A stretch of 63,990 bases of DNA, filler included, from Octopus bimaculoides (Eukaryota): assembly GCF_001194135.2 (NCBI RefSeq). It is 8 parts of 7 records of this genome, joined end to end, with 100 filler letters (N's around TTAATTAATTAA, not from the genome) between each part and the next. Parts side by side here need not be neighbours in the genome. Positions count along the whole stretch, not along the records: positions 1 to 11,104 come from NC_068994.1; positions 11,205 to 16,759 come from NC_069005.1; 6 more parts are not named here. The stretch is one strand, 5' to 3'. Positions 1 through 13,329 of this stretch are shown here, in pieces (the stretch's first letter is position 1; the number at the start of each line of letters is the position of its first letter). The notes beneath the pieces are model-generated. The model did no database searches, was not told the DNA's origin, and saw nothing but the letters and a program-made list of their open reading frames with translations. A program made the translations under genes and the position numbers.

Positions 1-44
<44 letters not shown>

Positions 45-387
45 AAGTCTGAAGATCCAAGCCATCGCTACAACTGTAAAAATTTGATAAACTTTCCAGA
101 AGTTTATCATTTAAGTATATATGCGAATGTCTAGACATGCAACTATATGCATGAGAATATATACACAAAACAACACATACAAATCTGCATGCGCGTTGCC
201 ACCAAATACTGCACATATTCATAATACATACATACATACATACATACATACATACATGCAAAAACACCCTGTTGATGTTGAAATTCCAATGAAGGACCTT
301 TGGATCTAGGTTAGAAACCGGTTGGCAAGAAATCATGAGATAAAATGGTATAATGACATACATACACACATATGTATAAACATGTAT

Positions 388-418
<31 letters not shown>

Positions 419-1667
419 ATGTATGTATGTATGTATACAGACATACACACGCTGACACATACGTGTGATTTTAATCTCCGCGAAAGAAATGTGTGTTATG
501 GCGATGTCGTAAAGCTGTTCCCGGTTCAGTGTTCTCTGCTCTCACCCCCCACCCCCCAGCCACGCTCTCCGTTCTCGTCCTGACCCTGTCTGCTCGTAGC
601 TCCTCTTTTCTCGGCAATCCCTATCTCCGGGTAGCTATTACAGTGAACTAGTATCCCGCCCCACCCCAGCTGTAGGAGATGTTTTCTTTAAGTAACTTCA
701 TCACCGTGTCAAAGACTTAGATTACCAAGAACGACAACAACAAAGATAGCAACAACAACAACAACAACAACAGCACAATACCACCACCACCACCACCACC
801 ACAATACCACCACCACCACCACCACCACCACCACCACTACCACCACCACCANNNNNNNNNNNNNNNNNNNNNNNNNNNNNNNNNNNNNNNNNNNNNNNNN
901 NNNNNNNNNNNNNNNNNNNNNNNNNNNNNNNNNNNNNNNNNNNNNNNNNNNNNNNNNNNNNNNNNNNNNNNNNNNNNNNNNNNNNNNNNNNNNNNNNNNN
1001 NNNNNNNNNNNNNNNNNNNNNNNNNNNNNNNNNNNNNNNNNNNNNNNNNNNNNNNNNNNNNNNNNNNNNNNNNNNNNNNNNNNNNNNNNNNNNNNNNNNN
1101 NNNNNNNNNNNNNNNNNNNNNNNNNNNNNNNNNNNNNNNNNNNNNNNNNNNNNNNNNNNNNNNNNNNNNNNNNNNNNNNNNNNNNNNNNNNNNNNNNNNN
1201 NNNNNNNNNNNNNNNNNNNNNNNNNNNNNNNNNNNNNNNNNNNNNNNNNNNNNNNNNNNNNNNNNNNNNNNNNNNNNNNNNNNNNNNNNNNNNNNNNNNN
1301 NNNNNNNNNNNNNNNNNNNNNNNNNNNNNNNNNNNNNNNNNNNNNNNNNNNNNNNNNNNNNNNNNNNNNNNNNNNNNNNNNNNNNNNNNNNNNNNNNNNN
1401 NNNNNNNNNNNNNNNNNNNNNNNNNNNNNNNNNNNNNNNNNNNNNNNNNNNNNNNNNNNNNNNNNNNNNNNNNNNNNNNNNNNNNNNNNNNNNNNNNNNN
1501 NNNNNNNNNNNNNNNNNNNNNNNNNNNNNNNNNNNNNNNNNNNNNNNNNNNNNNNNNNNNNNNNNNNNNNNNNNNNNNNNNNNNNNNTATATATATAATT
1601 CAATAATAGGGTAAAGTCTTTGTAAGAATTTATCAAGTAGTTAGCGTGAAAAAACCTCATAAGGGAA

Positions 1668-1699
<32 letters not shown>

Positions 1700-1736
1700 C
1701 TGACAAGGGAACAGGAATTACGTAACCAACTTCATT

Positions 1737-1817
1737 AGCTTATAGCTGTTTCCGCTATAATATGCAGTGCACGTAGATCTGAGTGCGTGTGCATCACCTT
1801 ATAGCTTCTTCGGAGCT
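1737..1817 (-). ncRNA. Degenerate hammerhead-like motif with long stem II
   Basis: AGCT-CCGAAGA-A-GCTATAA(..)TTATAGC-G-GAAAC-AGCT-ATA-AGCT; two transitions away from a CUGAAGA / GAAACAGCUGUA hammerhead. Confidence 0.45.
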
Positions 1818-1983
1818 TCTAATACACACGCACGCATACACACACAGCTCGCAAGCACATACTCACGCATGTAGTACATTATACTATCAAATATGTTATA
1901 CACATAAACGTTGAAGACTGAATACACACATTAAGCTCACATAGCTGTTTCTGACTCTGCCCTTCCCTATCTACTACTACTAT

Positions 1984-2046
<63 letters not shown>

Positions 2047-2369
2047 AAAACTGAAGGAAAAAAGAAAACAAGAAGGCAAAATGAGGAAAAGACAGTGTAC
2101 AGAAGTCCTCTTAAATGTTTCTGAAACAATGTTAATTGTTCGACAGAAGAGAGGGGAGGGCAGAGAAAGAGAGAGAGAGAAAGACGGTAAAGAGAGAGGA
2201 TGGGGGAGTAGACCCACAACCCGATTTGTTTGACCGTCCCCTTCAATCCCCACCCATAACTCCAGTGGGTGTGGTCCACCAACAGCAGGGATGACAAGGG
2301 TTCTTATCAAGATATAACATTTTATTTTTATTTTATATATATTAACACACACACACACATACAATTATT

Positions 2370-2404
<35 letters not shown>

Positions 2405-4131
2405 TTTATTTCATTTTAGATTATCAGATAGAAATTCTGTAGATTGATATTGTCCACGGTTTGTTTCATGTGTGTGAAGTGTGTTGTTTATACTGAACAT
2501 TTAATTGGGAGAAGTTATATACAAATAATAATAATAATAATAATAATAATGATGATGATAATATTTTCTTTTAATAAGACTTAGAAGAACGACTACTACA
2601 GTTTCTTCGTTTATCACAAGGAAGTCGAGAGAAAGTACAAAGACATGTCGCAAAAAGAATAGTGGTAGCGGTGATAGTGGTGGTGGATTTACACAGGGTA
2701 AAGAAGAAAACGAAGATAAATAAGAAGATATAATTTGAGCAACACGCCAGCCTTTTTCTCTCTCTTGTTCTCCTACGTTTCGTAAATCTGTAAAGGAATA
2801 CGTTACCCGAAATATTACGATAATTAAAGAATTTTGAAAATATAAAATGTATATGTTCCAGAAATCTGAGTGGGGCTAATCCTTTAAGGAAAATTAGAGC
2901 ATTCCTGTACTGACTCAAATGTTATTTAGCAATAAAGTAAGTGCTTGCTCTTAGCTATGAAATTACCTGAAAAGAAAAAAAAAATTGTGAGAAGAGTCAT
3001 CCCACAACACCAAACTTGACACTCTTGGTTAACGACCAGAAAATTTACCAAAGAATGGCATTTCCTTTTCAGTTCTCAACTTCTTCTTCGTGTGTTACAC
3101 GAACACTGACTCAGGAACGAAATTTGTTTAGTGGGTGCAAATCCAGGTCCAAATTTTTTTCCAAAGAAGGTTTTATTGTTTTTTTAAAATTTATTTTTGT
3201 TCTTTGTTCTTTGAGAAGAAACCTGACTTCAAGCTACTTTTTACAGATCACTTTTTACTGTTTTCTAAACCTGAGAAAAGTAAGTAGGGGTGCAAATTTT
3301 GATTTTCTACCCCCAAAATATTTTAGGAGGTACACTTGCACCTCCTGCACACCCTCTTCCCGATACAAAAGAAGCAACACATAATCATTAAAATAAATTA
3401 TTTATCCACCCTCCCCCTTGTAATATGTTACGCATGACAGGTAGCGACAACTTTCCTCGGTCATTAATGTGTTGCACTTCTTCGTATATACCTAACTCCT
3501 CTGGCTACTGGAGATAGGTTTGGACAAATGTTGTGCTAATGACGTCAGTTAAGGTAGAAATACGTGTCCACGACTGTCCTCTTATCTCTAAGCAATAAGT
3601 ATATCCTCTTCTCTAATGGCATGTCAATTTTGGATAATGTTTGATTTTTGAAATTATCTCCTTAGGTGGAACTGGTCTTAATTTCTCACTAATTAACTCT
3701 GCTCTATTCTATTCCGTTCTGTTCCATTACCGGTTCTTCTGGACCAACTGTCTTTCTGATTTCTGCTTTGATGGTTGTTTTGTGCTCCAACCAAAAATTC
3801 TCAGGGTCTTTTCATCTACTAATTGTAATGATAAGCGTATTTTTTTGCCTTGTTTACTCTGTTGTCAATAGCAACAGAGCATACGATGTCAATTGTGAGG
3901 TGTGGTTGGAAACAAAAAGATTATTGTCGTTACAAATGAAAATAGCGTCTTAGATACTTTGTTTTTGTTTCAGTTACCATAACGATGAGCAGTCTTTTGT
4001 CGACATGGCTATTACTACCAAGCTGATGACTTCTATTTCGCTTTCAGACACCTCACTCGAAATAAACAGAATGAAATTTTCCGCTACATATATGCTATGT
4101 AATAATAATAACGAGAATGATGATGATGATG

Positions 4132-4192
<61 letters not shown>

Positions 4193-4320
4193 AGTAGATT
4201 GAGATGATTATTTTGAACTTGTGGAAGACACACGAAGTGCCGAATTATTGTTCATTTGATAACAGTCGCACACGTTTTATTGTTTCTTTACTTTTTGGAG
4301 GAGTAACATCAATCCTTAAA

Positions 4321-4354
<34 letters not shown>

Positions 4355-4469
4355 CGAGACATTTTCTCCCTCAGTCACAGCTTCAGGATGGTGTTTATAC
4401 CATTTGTCAGCGGTTTTGAGTTTATAATACCGTCATAATAATAATAATAATAATAATAATCAACAAAAT

Positions 4470-4620
4470 GTTGTCATAGATGCCCTAGGAATGATAGCAA
4501 AAGAGGCTGATTGTTACCTAGCTCAGATAGCAGGAAATCTCAGAAAGGCAGAAATTAAAAAAATAGTGCTCATAGGAACTGCCCATATCCTATGTAATCC
4601 CAAATTTTAAAACAAACTTA
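4470..4620 (+). mobile_element. R4/Dong-like LINE extreme C-terminal relic
   Basis: VIDALGMIAKEADCYLAQIAGNLRKAEIKKIVLIGTAHIL resembles the ALG..QK..LLGTA.IL end of RLE-type LINEs. Confidence 0.6.
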
Positions 4621-4934
4621 TAATTTTTTTGTTTTCTCAAGCCTTCTCTAGAACAATACTTTGTTCAAATCCTAATATATGGCACCCTAGTCATAACACC
4701 AACAGGAAAAATAATCCAGAACCTTTGTCCGATACCGAATCGATTCCAAAATCTAATTAGTTCGTGCGAGTCACGAGGCCAAAGATCTCTGAAAGTTTCG
4801 TCTGAATCCATCCGGCGGTTCTTCAGATATCTTGTCCACGGACAAACAAAACAAACGAAAGTGATGGAAGTAATAATCCTTTCTACTATAGGCACAAAGC
4901 CTGAAGTTTGGGGAAGGGGATGTTGTTGTTGTTG

Positions 4935-4973
<39 letters not shown>

Positions 4974-5048
4974 CTATTTGAATGGATTCCTTTATATCCA
5001 GTATAAGGAGGTTTGGAACGTAACACACGCGATAGTCGAGGGATTACT

Positions 5049-5082
<34 letters not shown>

Positions 5083-5501
5083 ATCTATATACACACATAT
5101 ATATATATACGTAGATGTTATACATGAATGTATAACAATGACACCGAAACAGCCTCTACTTGGTACTCAGCCTGCTAAAAATAACAAACGATTTTCTCTC
5201 AAAATACACCCTACCATCATAAAAATATAAAGAATACTTTGGGAGAATGTAGCCATAAGTAGGTATGCATACATACACACACACACATGCACACACATAC
5301 ATACATACACACATACATACATACACATATATATATATGTGTGTGAATGTATGCGTGCGTGTGTGTGTGTGTGTACGGATGTATGTTTGTATGTATGGGG
5401 TGGGCTGCTGGATCATCATCAGAGATCAGCAGAGATTGAGACCAAGAATTTGAAAGGAAACTCCAGCTGTGGACTCTCTGTAGTGTTAAGCAGGAGAGAG
5501 A

Positions 5502-5532
<31 letters not shown>

Positions 5533-6424
5533 TGAGTGAGATAGTGAGAAGGAGAGAGAGAGAGCGAGAGAAGGAGAGAGATTTAAAATTGATTTCTGGC
5601 TTTCCGGCCTTTTTCTCGTCTTCATTTCTTTCCTTCGTCTTCTTTCATCCTTTCGCTCTTCCTCGCATTGCATCCCTCTCTCCCACCCTCCCTTCCTTCC
5701 TTCCTTCCTTCCTTCCTTCCTTCCTTCCTTCCTTCCTTCAGATTCTTTTTATTGTTTTCCTTCCCTCATTAACACGCCACCTTATATTCACTTTCGTTTT
5801 GCTACTGTTCCGCCAAACCNNNNNNNNNNNNNNNNNNNNNNNNNNNNNNNNNNNNNNNNNNNNNNNNNNNNNNNNNNNNNNNNNNNNNNNNNNNNNNNNN
5901 NNNNNNNNNNNNNNNNNNNNNNNNNNNNNNNNNNNNNNNNNNNNNNNNNNNNNNNNNNNNNNNNNNNNNNNNNNNNNNNNNNNNNNNNNNNNNNNNNNNN
6001 NNNNNNNNNNNNNNNNNNNNNNNNNNNNNNNNNNNNNNNNNNNNNNNNNNNNNNNNNNNNNNNNNNNNNNNNNNNNNNNNNNNNNNNNNNNNNNNNNNNN
6101 NNNNNNNNNNNNNNNNNNNNNNNNNNNNNNNNNNNNNNNNNNNNNNNNNNNNNNNNNNNNNNNNNNNNNNNNNNNNNNNNNNNNNNNNNNNNNNNNNNNN
6201 NNNNNNNNNNNNNNNNNNNNNNNNNNNNNNNNNNNNNNNNNNNNNNNNNNNNNNNNNNNNNNNNNNNNNNNNNNNNNNNNNNNGATATTTAAACATGGAT
6301 GTCTGTTGTCCAACTAGGTTGATGACTAAAACTACTGCTGATGGATACTGTACCCTTGTTCTTAGAAGAGTAAAGCCTATTTTGGGCCAATCTTTTTCAC
6401 CCTCCTGTATTACCGAAATTGAGA

Positions 6425-6636
6425 ATTCCAGAGCCTAGATTTCATTCCAGAGCCTAGATTTCATTCCAGAGCCTCGTTTTCAATCCAGAGCCTCGTTTTC
6501 ATTCCAGGCTCTGGAATGAAAACGGGGCTCTGGAATAAAAAAAAACGAGTCTCTGGAATGAAAACGAGGCTCTGGAATAAAAAAAAAACGAGGCTCTGGA
6601 TTGAAAACGAGGCTCTGGATTGAAAACGACGCTCTG
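6425..6636. repeat. Fold-back minisatellite of a 19-bp unit
   Basis: About 4.4 units of attccagagcctcgttttc followed directly by about 6.3 inverted units of gctctggaatgaaaacgag. Confidence 0.92.
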
Positions 6637-6849
6637 TACATATATACATGTACACGTATGCGCGTATATATTTACAAATATATATATATACATGCACACG
6701 TTATACATACATACATACATAATACGTATATGCATGCTTACATTCAATATATATATATATATATATACATATACATACACGCATATGTACATATGTATAT
6801 ATATATATATTCATAAATGCATGTATACATGGATACACACATTCATATA

Positions 6850-7051
6850 GATCGTTGACCAGGAACTATTCAATTTTTTTTCTCCGTGTTTTTCTCCTTG
6901 TTTTCTCCGTATTCTTTCTGTTGAAGAGCGTAGCTCGAAACGTTAAAGACTTTCTGTATTCCCGAGCGTCCAACTAATACATCCTTTTGTTGTTTACATC
7001 ACCTGTCCTCGTCTGTTGTTGTTTTTTTTTCGTACATTCTCCCATATATAT
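6850..7051 (+). repeat. Short interspersed repeat family F carrying a hammerhead-like fold; second copy at 22205-22400 (minus)
   Basis: The two copies align in reverse complement over about 190 bp (cccgagcgtc, ctaatac, acctgtc, ttctgttgaagagcgtag). Confidence 0.75.
6914..6948 (+). ncRNA. Hammerhead-like motif with variant core (CUGUUGA)
   Basis: CTTT-CTGTTGA-A-GAGC(gta)GCTC-GAAAC-GTT-AAAG: stems I and II pair perfectly. Confidence 0.5.
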
Positions 7052-7779
7052 NNNNNNNNNNNNNNNNNNNNNNNNNNNNNNNNNNNNNNNNNNNNNNNNN
7101 NNNNNNNNNNNNNNNNNNNNNNNNNNNNNNNNNNNNNNNNNNNNNNNNNNNNNNNNNNNNNNNNNNNNNNNNNNNNNNNNNNNNNNNNNNNNNNNNNNNN
7201 NNNNNNNNNNNNNNNNNNNNNNNNNNNNNNNNNNNNNNNNNNNNNNNNNNNNNNNNNNNNNNNNNNNNNNNNNNNNNNNNNNNNNNNNNNNNNNNNNNNN
7301 NNNNNNNNNNNNNNNNNNNNNNNNNNNNNNNNNNNNNNNNNNNNNNNNNNNNNNNNNNNNNNNNNNNNNNNNNNNNNNNNNNNNNNNNNNNNNNNNNNNN
7401 NNNNNNNNNNNNNNNNNNNNNNNNNNNNNNNNNNNNNNNNNNNNNNNNNNNNNNNNNNNNNNNNNNNNNNNNNNNNNNNNNNNNNNNNNNNNNNNNNNNN
7501 NNNNNNNNNNNNNNNNNNNNNNNNNNNNNNNNNNNNNNNNNNNNNNNNNNNNNNNNNNNNNNNNNNATATCAGTATATACAGGCGCACACAGACCCAAAC
7601 ACATAATTCTGCCACTTTAGTTTTCCTTACCATTCTCTTCCATCTCCAGACACAAAGGCGGGGCTGTGTTACTTCAGTTATCAGAACTTTAGACGATAAA
7701 GAAATGGAATGAAAATAGATGAAAAAAAGAAAACAAACCATCCCTCCATCGAAAGGACTATGCAGGCGCGCGCTGCCGA

Positions 7780-7812
<33 letters not shown>

Positions 7813-8215
7813 TGTGTGTGTGCGTGAGTGCGTATGTGCTACACTTTGCGCTGTATTTGAATCAGGAGATTGGTGTAGCGATGCATGGACAGACACTGTA
7901 GAACAACAAGACGATTATATTTGTGATACTTGAAGAATAATCTAGGAATGAAAATAAATAGAAGAATACATGTTTATATTTAAACAAAATCAGAATGCGT
8001 CATCTGAAAGGCTCGGCTTGGCTTACTAGCGTGGACTGGCTGAACCATTATAAGAGCGTTGGACAGAAATATTCACAGTGTCTTGGCTCCGGTCTTTTCG
8101 CTTACGTTTTTGAGCATGTAAAAGGTTGACAGGTAGTAGATGCCTAAGGTTACAGGTAGTAACCCGCTAACCACATAAATCCTGCCAGGAAGAAGAACGA
8201 ACTTGAGTCAGATCA

Positions 8216-8252
<37 letters not shown>

Positions 8253-8325
8253 CGGTATATGTATGGTTATACATATACACACATATATACATTTATGTTT
8301 GATTTAGTTGTACACCACATTCCAT

Positions 8326-8358
<33 letters not shown>

Positions 8359-8584
8359 AATTTAAGTCTTTTTCTGAAACTAGTTCTCTCTCTCACTTTC
8401 TTCCTCTTTCTTTCTCACTTATTCTCTCTCTAAGCTAAATATTTATGTATGTATGTATGTATGTATGTATGTATATGTGTATGTATATGTGTGTGTATGT
8501 ATGTATATGTGTTGTGTGCGTTTGTATATATGTATGTATGTATGAATGTATGTATGTATGTATGTATGTATGTATGTATGTATG

Positions 8585-8628
<44 letters not shown>

Positions 8629-9464
8629 NNNNNNNNNNNNNNNNNNNNNNNNNNNNNNNNNNNNNNNNNNNNNNNNNNNNNNNNNNNNNNNNNNNNNNNN
8701 NNNNNNNNNNNNNNNNNNNNNNNNNNNNNNNNNNNNNNNNNNNNNNNNNNNNNNNNNNNNNNNNNNNNNNNNNNNNNNNNNNNNNNNNNNNNNNNNNNNN
8801 NNNNNNNNNNNNNNNNNNNNNNNNNNNNNNNNNNNNNNNNNNNNNNNNNNNNNNNNNNNNNNNNNNNNNNNNNNNNNNNNNNNNNNNNNNNNNNNNNNNN
8901 NNNNNNNNNNNNNNNNNNNNNNNNNNNNNNNNNNNNNNNNNNNNNNNNNNNNNNNNNNNNNNNNNNNNNNNNNNNNNNNNNNNNNNNNNNNNNNNNNNNN
9001 NNNNNNNNNNNNNNNNNNNNNNNNNNNNNNNNNNNNNNNNNNNNNNNNNNNNNNNNNNNNNNNNNNNNNNNNNNNNNNNNNNNNNNNNNNNNNNNNNNNN
9101 NNNNNNNNNNNNNNNNNNNNNNNATATATATCAGTATATACATCAGTATATACATCAGTATATATATATATATAATGAGAATGTATCTGTGTTTAAAAAT
9201 AACTTTCACAGCTTCAAATTGATAAGGTAAAAACAACAAGAGGTATTCTTTTTATGTTTCAGACAGAATTTATTTTTTATTTCTGGTTGTTGACTGTGGA
9301 TGGGAGAACACGTTGCGAGTGACGGGGGTTGGGGGATGTCGAATGCCTCGGTCAACCATTACGTGGTCTTACTCAGACAGCCTACGCACATTTACAAACC
9401 TGCAAACGCACAGGCTCACTGACTCATACACGCATATATCTTTTACTTGTTTTTGTTATGAGAC

Positions 9465-9626
9465 CGCTGCCATGCTGGAGCACCGCCTTGAGGCATCTTA
9501 AGTCAAACGAATCGATATAAGTAATCTTTTTAAAAAAAGTCTAGTACTTATTCAATCAGTATCATTTGCCGAACCGCTAGCTTACGGGAACGCTAACACT
9601 GGCTGTCGAGCGGAGGGGGAGGGGAC

Positions 9627-9696
<70 letters not shown>

Positions 9697-10035
9697 ATAT
9701 GTCAGGCTTCTTTCTCTTTCCATCGACCAAATCCACTCACAAAGCTTTGGTCGGCTCGGAGCTATAGTGGAAGGCACTTGCCCAAGGTGCCACGCAGTGG
9801 GACTGAACCCGGAACCATGTGGTTGGTAGCAAACTTTCACGTGTACATTTGCGTGTATGTGTGTGTGGTTCCGGTTTCAGTCCCACTGCGTGGTACCATG
9901 GGCAGGTGTCTTTTACTATAGCCTCGGGCCGACCAAAGCCTTGTGAGTGGATTTGGTAGACGGAAACTGAAAGAAGCCCGTCGTATAAATATGTATATGT
10001 ATATATATGTGTGTGTGTCTGTGTGTCTGTGTTTG
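9465..10035. mobile_element. Two SINE family A copies head-to-head (9465-9835 minus; 9865-10035 plus)
   Basis: gggactgaacccggaaccatgtgg followed about 40 bp later by gtggttccggtttcagtccc. Confidence 0.88.
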
Positions 10036-10582
10036 NNNNNNNNNNNNNNNNNNNNNNNNNNNNNNNNNNNNNNNNNNNNNNNNNNNNNNNNNNNNNNNNN
10101 NNNNNNNNNNNNNNNNNNNNNNNNNNNNNNNNNNNNNNNNNNNNNNNNNNNNNNNNNNNNNNNNNNNNNNNNNNNNNNNNNNNNNNNNNNNNNNNNNNNN
10201 NNNNNNNNNNNNNNNNNNNNNNNNNNNNNNNNNNNNNNNNNNNNNNNNNNNNNNNNNNNNNNNNNNNNNNNNNNNNNNNNNNNNNNNNNNNNNNNNNNNN
10301 NNNNNNNNNNNNNNNNNNNNNNNNNNNNNNNNNNNNNNNNNNNNNNNNNNNNNNNNNNNNNNNNNNNNNNNNNNNNNNNNNNNNNNNNNNNNNNNNNNNN
10401 NNNNNNNNNNNNNNNNNNNNNNNNNNNNNNNNNNNNNNNNNNNNNNNNNNNNNNNNNNNNNNNNNNNNNNNNNNNNNNNNNNNNNNNNNNNNNNNNNNNN
10501 NNNNNNNNNNNNNNNNNNNNNNNNNNNNNNNNNNNNNNNNNNNNNNNNNNNNNNNNNNNNNNNNNNNNNNNNNNNNNNNNNN

Positions 10583-10614
<32 letters not shown>

Positions 10615-11070
10615 CACATAGCACAGACATAAACGCAGATAGCTGGAAGTAGAGATCTCCAGATATGCTGCAACACGATATTCACAAGTACACAAGTACA
10701 GTTTGTATTGTGCATAAGCACTGCACATGTGGACAGATATCTATGCTTACGTGCACCTGTACACATACAGGAATTTTCCAAAACGTATGTAGCTGTATAA
10801 AATGTATGCATGTGTGTATGTATGTATGTATGCATGTATGCATGTTCTTAATGCATGTATGTATATTTGTATGTATGTATGTATGTATGTATGTATGTTT
10901 GTAAGTATGTATGTTTGTATGTATATATGTACGTGCGTATGTATGTGTGTGTAAATGTGTGCATGTATGTTTGTATGTTTGTGTATAAACTAGGTTTCAT
11001 ACGAGCTGTATGCGTATGTATATGAATATATTAGGTATAATATGAGATGTATGAATGTGTGTATATATAC

Positions 11071-11104
<34 letters not shown>

Positions 11105-11944
11105 NNNNNNNNNNNNNNNNNNNNNNNNNNNNNNNNNNNNNNNNNNNNTTAATTAATTAANNNNNNNNNNNNNNNNNNNNNNNNNNNNNNNNNNNNNNNN
11201 NNNNTGAAAGCCAACACATTACACTTTCATAGATATATTACACTGTGTAACAAAATTATCGTTGTTTTTTTTTTTTTGTCTTAGGTCTGTGTAATTTCCT
11301 ATTTCCTTCTATTAAGAAATCAAACGAAATGCTTTTCTGACTTTGACATGAATCTCTTAAAACTAACCTATTTTTCCATTACGTTTCAGACAGATTCAGC
11401 GCTGAGTTGCTGAAGCAGAAATATCGTTATAGCAAATATTCTATTCGATACCACAGATTTGTTTGTCAGTTGTTTGACCTTAACCACTTGAGCATGTCCC
11501 TTACAGGCTGACACTATGTGTATCATTGATGATGAGCAGGAGTAGTGGGGGAGCATCATAGCCATGTGCTGAGAGGGATTCTTTGAGGGGTGTAAATAAA
11601 TGTAACAGACGCAAAGTTTGAAGGAAATATTAACCGTTTTTCATGCTTTCTAGGGGTAAGCAAATAAGAAATAACAACCGCTACCCAAGGACAAAAATCG
11701 TCTTATATGGGGTTATAACGCACTTTAAAAAAAATTATACTAAAATGTATCCATATCGATTACCTTTCACTGGACACGGGTTTAACATTGGCGGGAGGTC
11801 AATTTGATCTGTTGTAGTGTGTAACAGTGATATTTTAAAATAATCGACCAAATGCCGAAGGTCTACTATCAACGAAAAACATCAAGAGGCAATTTCCACA
11901 TGGTCACTATATGTTAAAAAATAACCCCCCCACACACACAACGA

Positions 11945-12103
11945 GCTTCTTTCAGTTTCCGTCCACCAAATCCACTCACAAGGGTTTAGTTGACCCGAGG
12001 CTATAGAAGAAGACATCTGTCCAAGGTGCCAGGCAGTGGACCTGAACCCGGGATCATGTGGTTGGGAAGCAAATTTCTCACCACACAGCCACGCCTGCGC
12101 CTA
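11945..12103 (-). mobile_element. SINE family A, 5' half
   Basis: cttctttcagtttccgtccaccaaatcc...ccacacagccacgcctgcgcc. Confidence 0.85.
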
Positions 12104-13329
12104 TAGTTGCAATAGTCATGTGACCTTGTAATTGTTGTTATAATTTATTCTAGAACATTTGCACTATCCATTATAAAAGCGTTATGCAGTCAAAAGCCTT
12201 CAAAACGGGTTTTTAATGTTGCTAAAATTTGTGATTAGATAACGCAGGAAAATTGAGTATCTACCCCCATTTTTTTTTTTGTCTCAAATCAAACACAGGA
12301 GCCCTAGTTTCCACAGAAATCGAATTTAATCAGCTTCAGTTTATCAGAAACACTTAAACAATAACAACATTTCAAAAACAAACAATAATAATCAAACGAA
12401 ACAAAATAAAGAAAAAATGCCCTGAAACGAAACACCGAACTATTTTCACAGAGAACCCTGTGTCAGATTACGCGCCGAAATATCTCCTCTCCCAACCAAA
12501 TGTCGATGAAGATGGCTGAGCTCTTGGAGATTATTGGGACATCTATTGCTGTTTATCCGACCTTTGAATGCCAAAATATTAATCAATGTCTGAAAGCGAT
12601 AAAACAAATAATAACAAAATAAAAATGTAATGGAAAGAGAGAGAAAAAGGGAATATCTGTTAGAGACCAGTAATAAAACTGTGTTAATTCTGGATTATCG
12701 TTAATCCGTCTAAGACGTTTCAACTCCGAACCTTNNNNNNNNNNNNNNNNNNNNNNNNNNNNNNNNNNNNNNNNNNNNNNNNNNNNNNNNNNNNNNNNNN
12801 NNNNNNNNNNNNNNNNNNNNNNNNNNNNNNNNNNNNNNNNNNNNNNNNNNNNNNNNNNNNNNNNNNNNNNNNNNNNNNNNNNNNNNNNNNNNNNNNNNNN
12901 NNNNNNNNNNNNNNNNNNNNNNNNNNNNNNNNNNNNNNNNNNNNNNNNNNNNNNNNNNNNNNNNNNNNNNNNNNNNNNNNNNNNNNNNNNNNNNNNNNNN
13001 NNNNNNNNNNNNNNNNNNNNNNNNNNNNNNNNNNNNNNNNNNNNNNNNNNNNNNNNNNNNNNNNNNNNNNNNNNNNNNNNNNNNNNNNNNNNNNNNNNNN
13101 NNNNNNNNNNNNNNNNNNNNNNNNNNNNNNNNNNNNNNNNNNNNNNNNNNNNNNNNNNNNNNNNNNNNNNNNNNNNNNNNNNNNNNNNNNNNNNNNNNNN
13201 NNNNNNNNNNNNNNNNNNNNNNNNNNNNNNNNNNNNNNNNNNNNNNNNNNNNNNNNNNNNNNNNNNNNNNNNNNNNNNNNNNTTATAACATAGAAACGAA
13301 AGCTCCATCGGTTGCATTTGAATAGTAAC

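Noticed and set aside
4785-4830. CTGAAGA...GAAAC on the minus strand, hammerhead-like
   Set aside because: Stem II and stem I do not pair and there is no NUH triplet.
12705-12734. GAAACGTC half-hammerhead on the minus strand
   Set aside because: The 5' half would lie in the N gap, so it cannot be evaluated.
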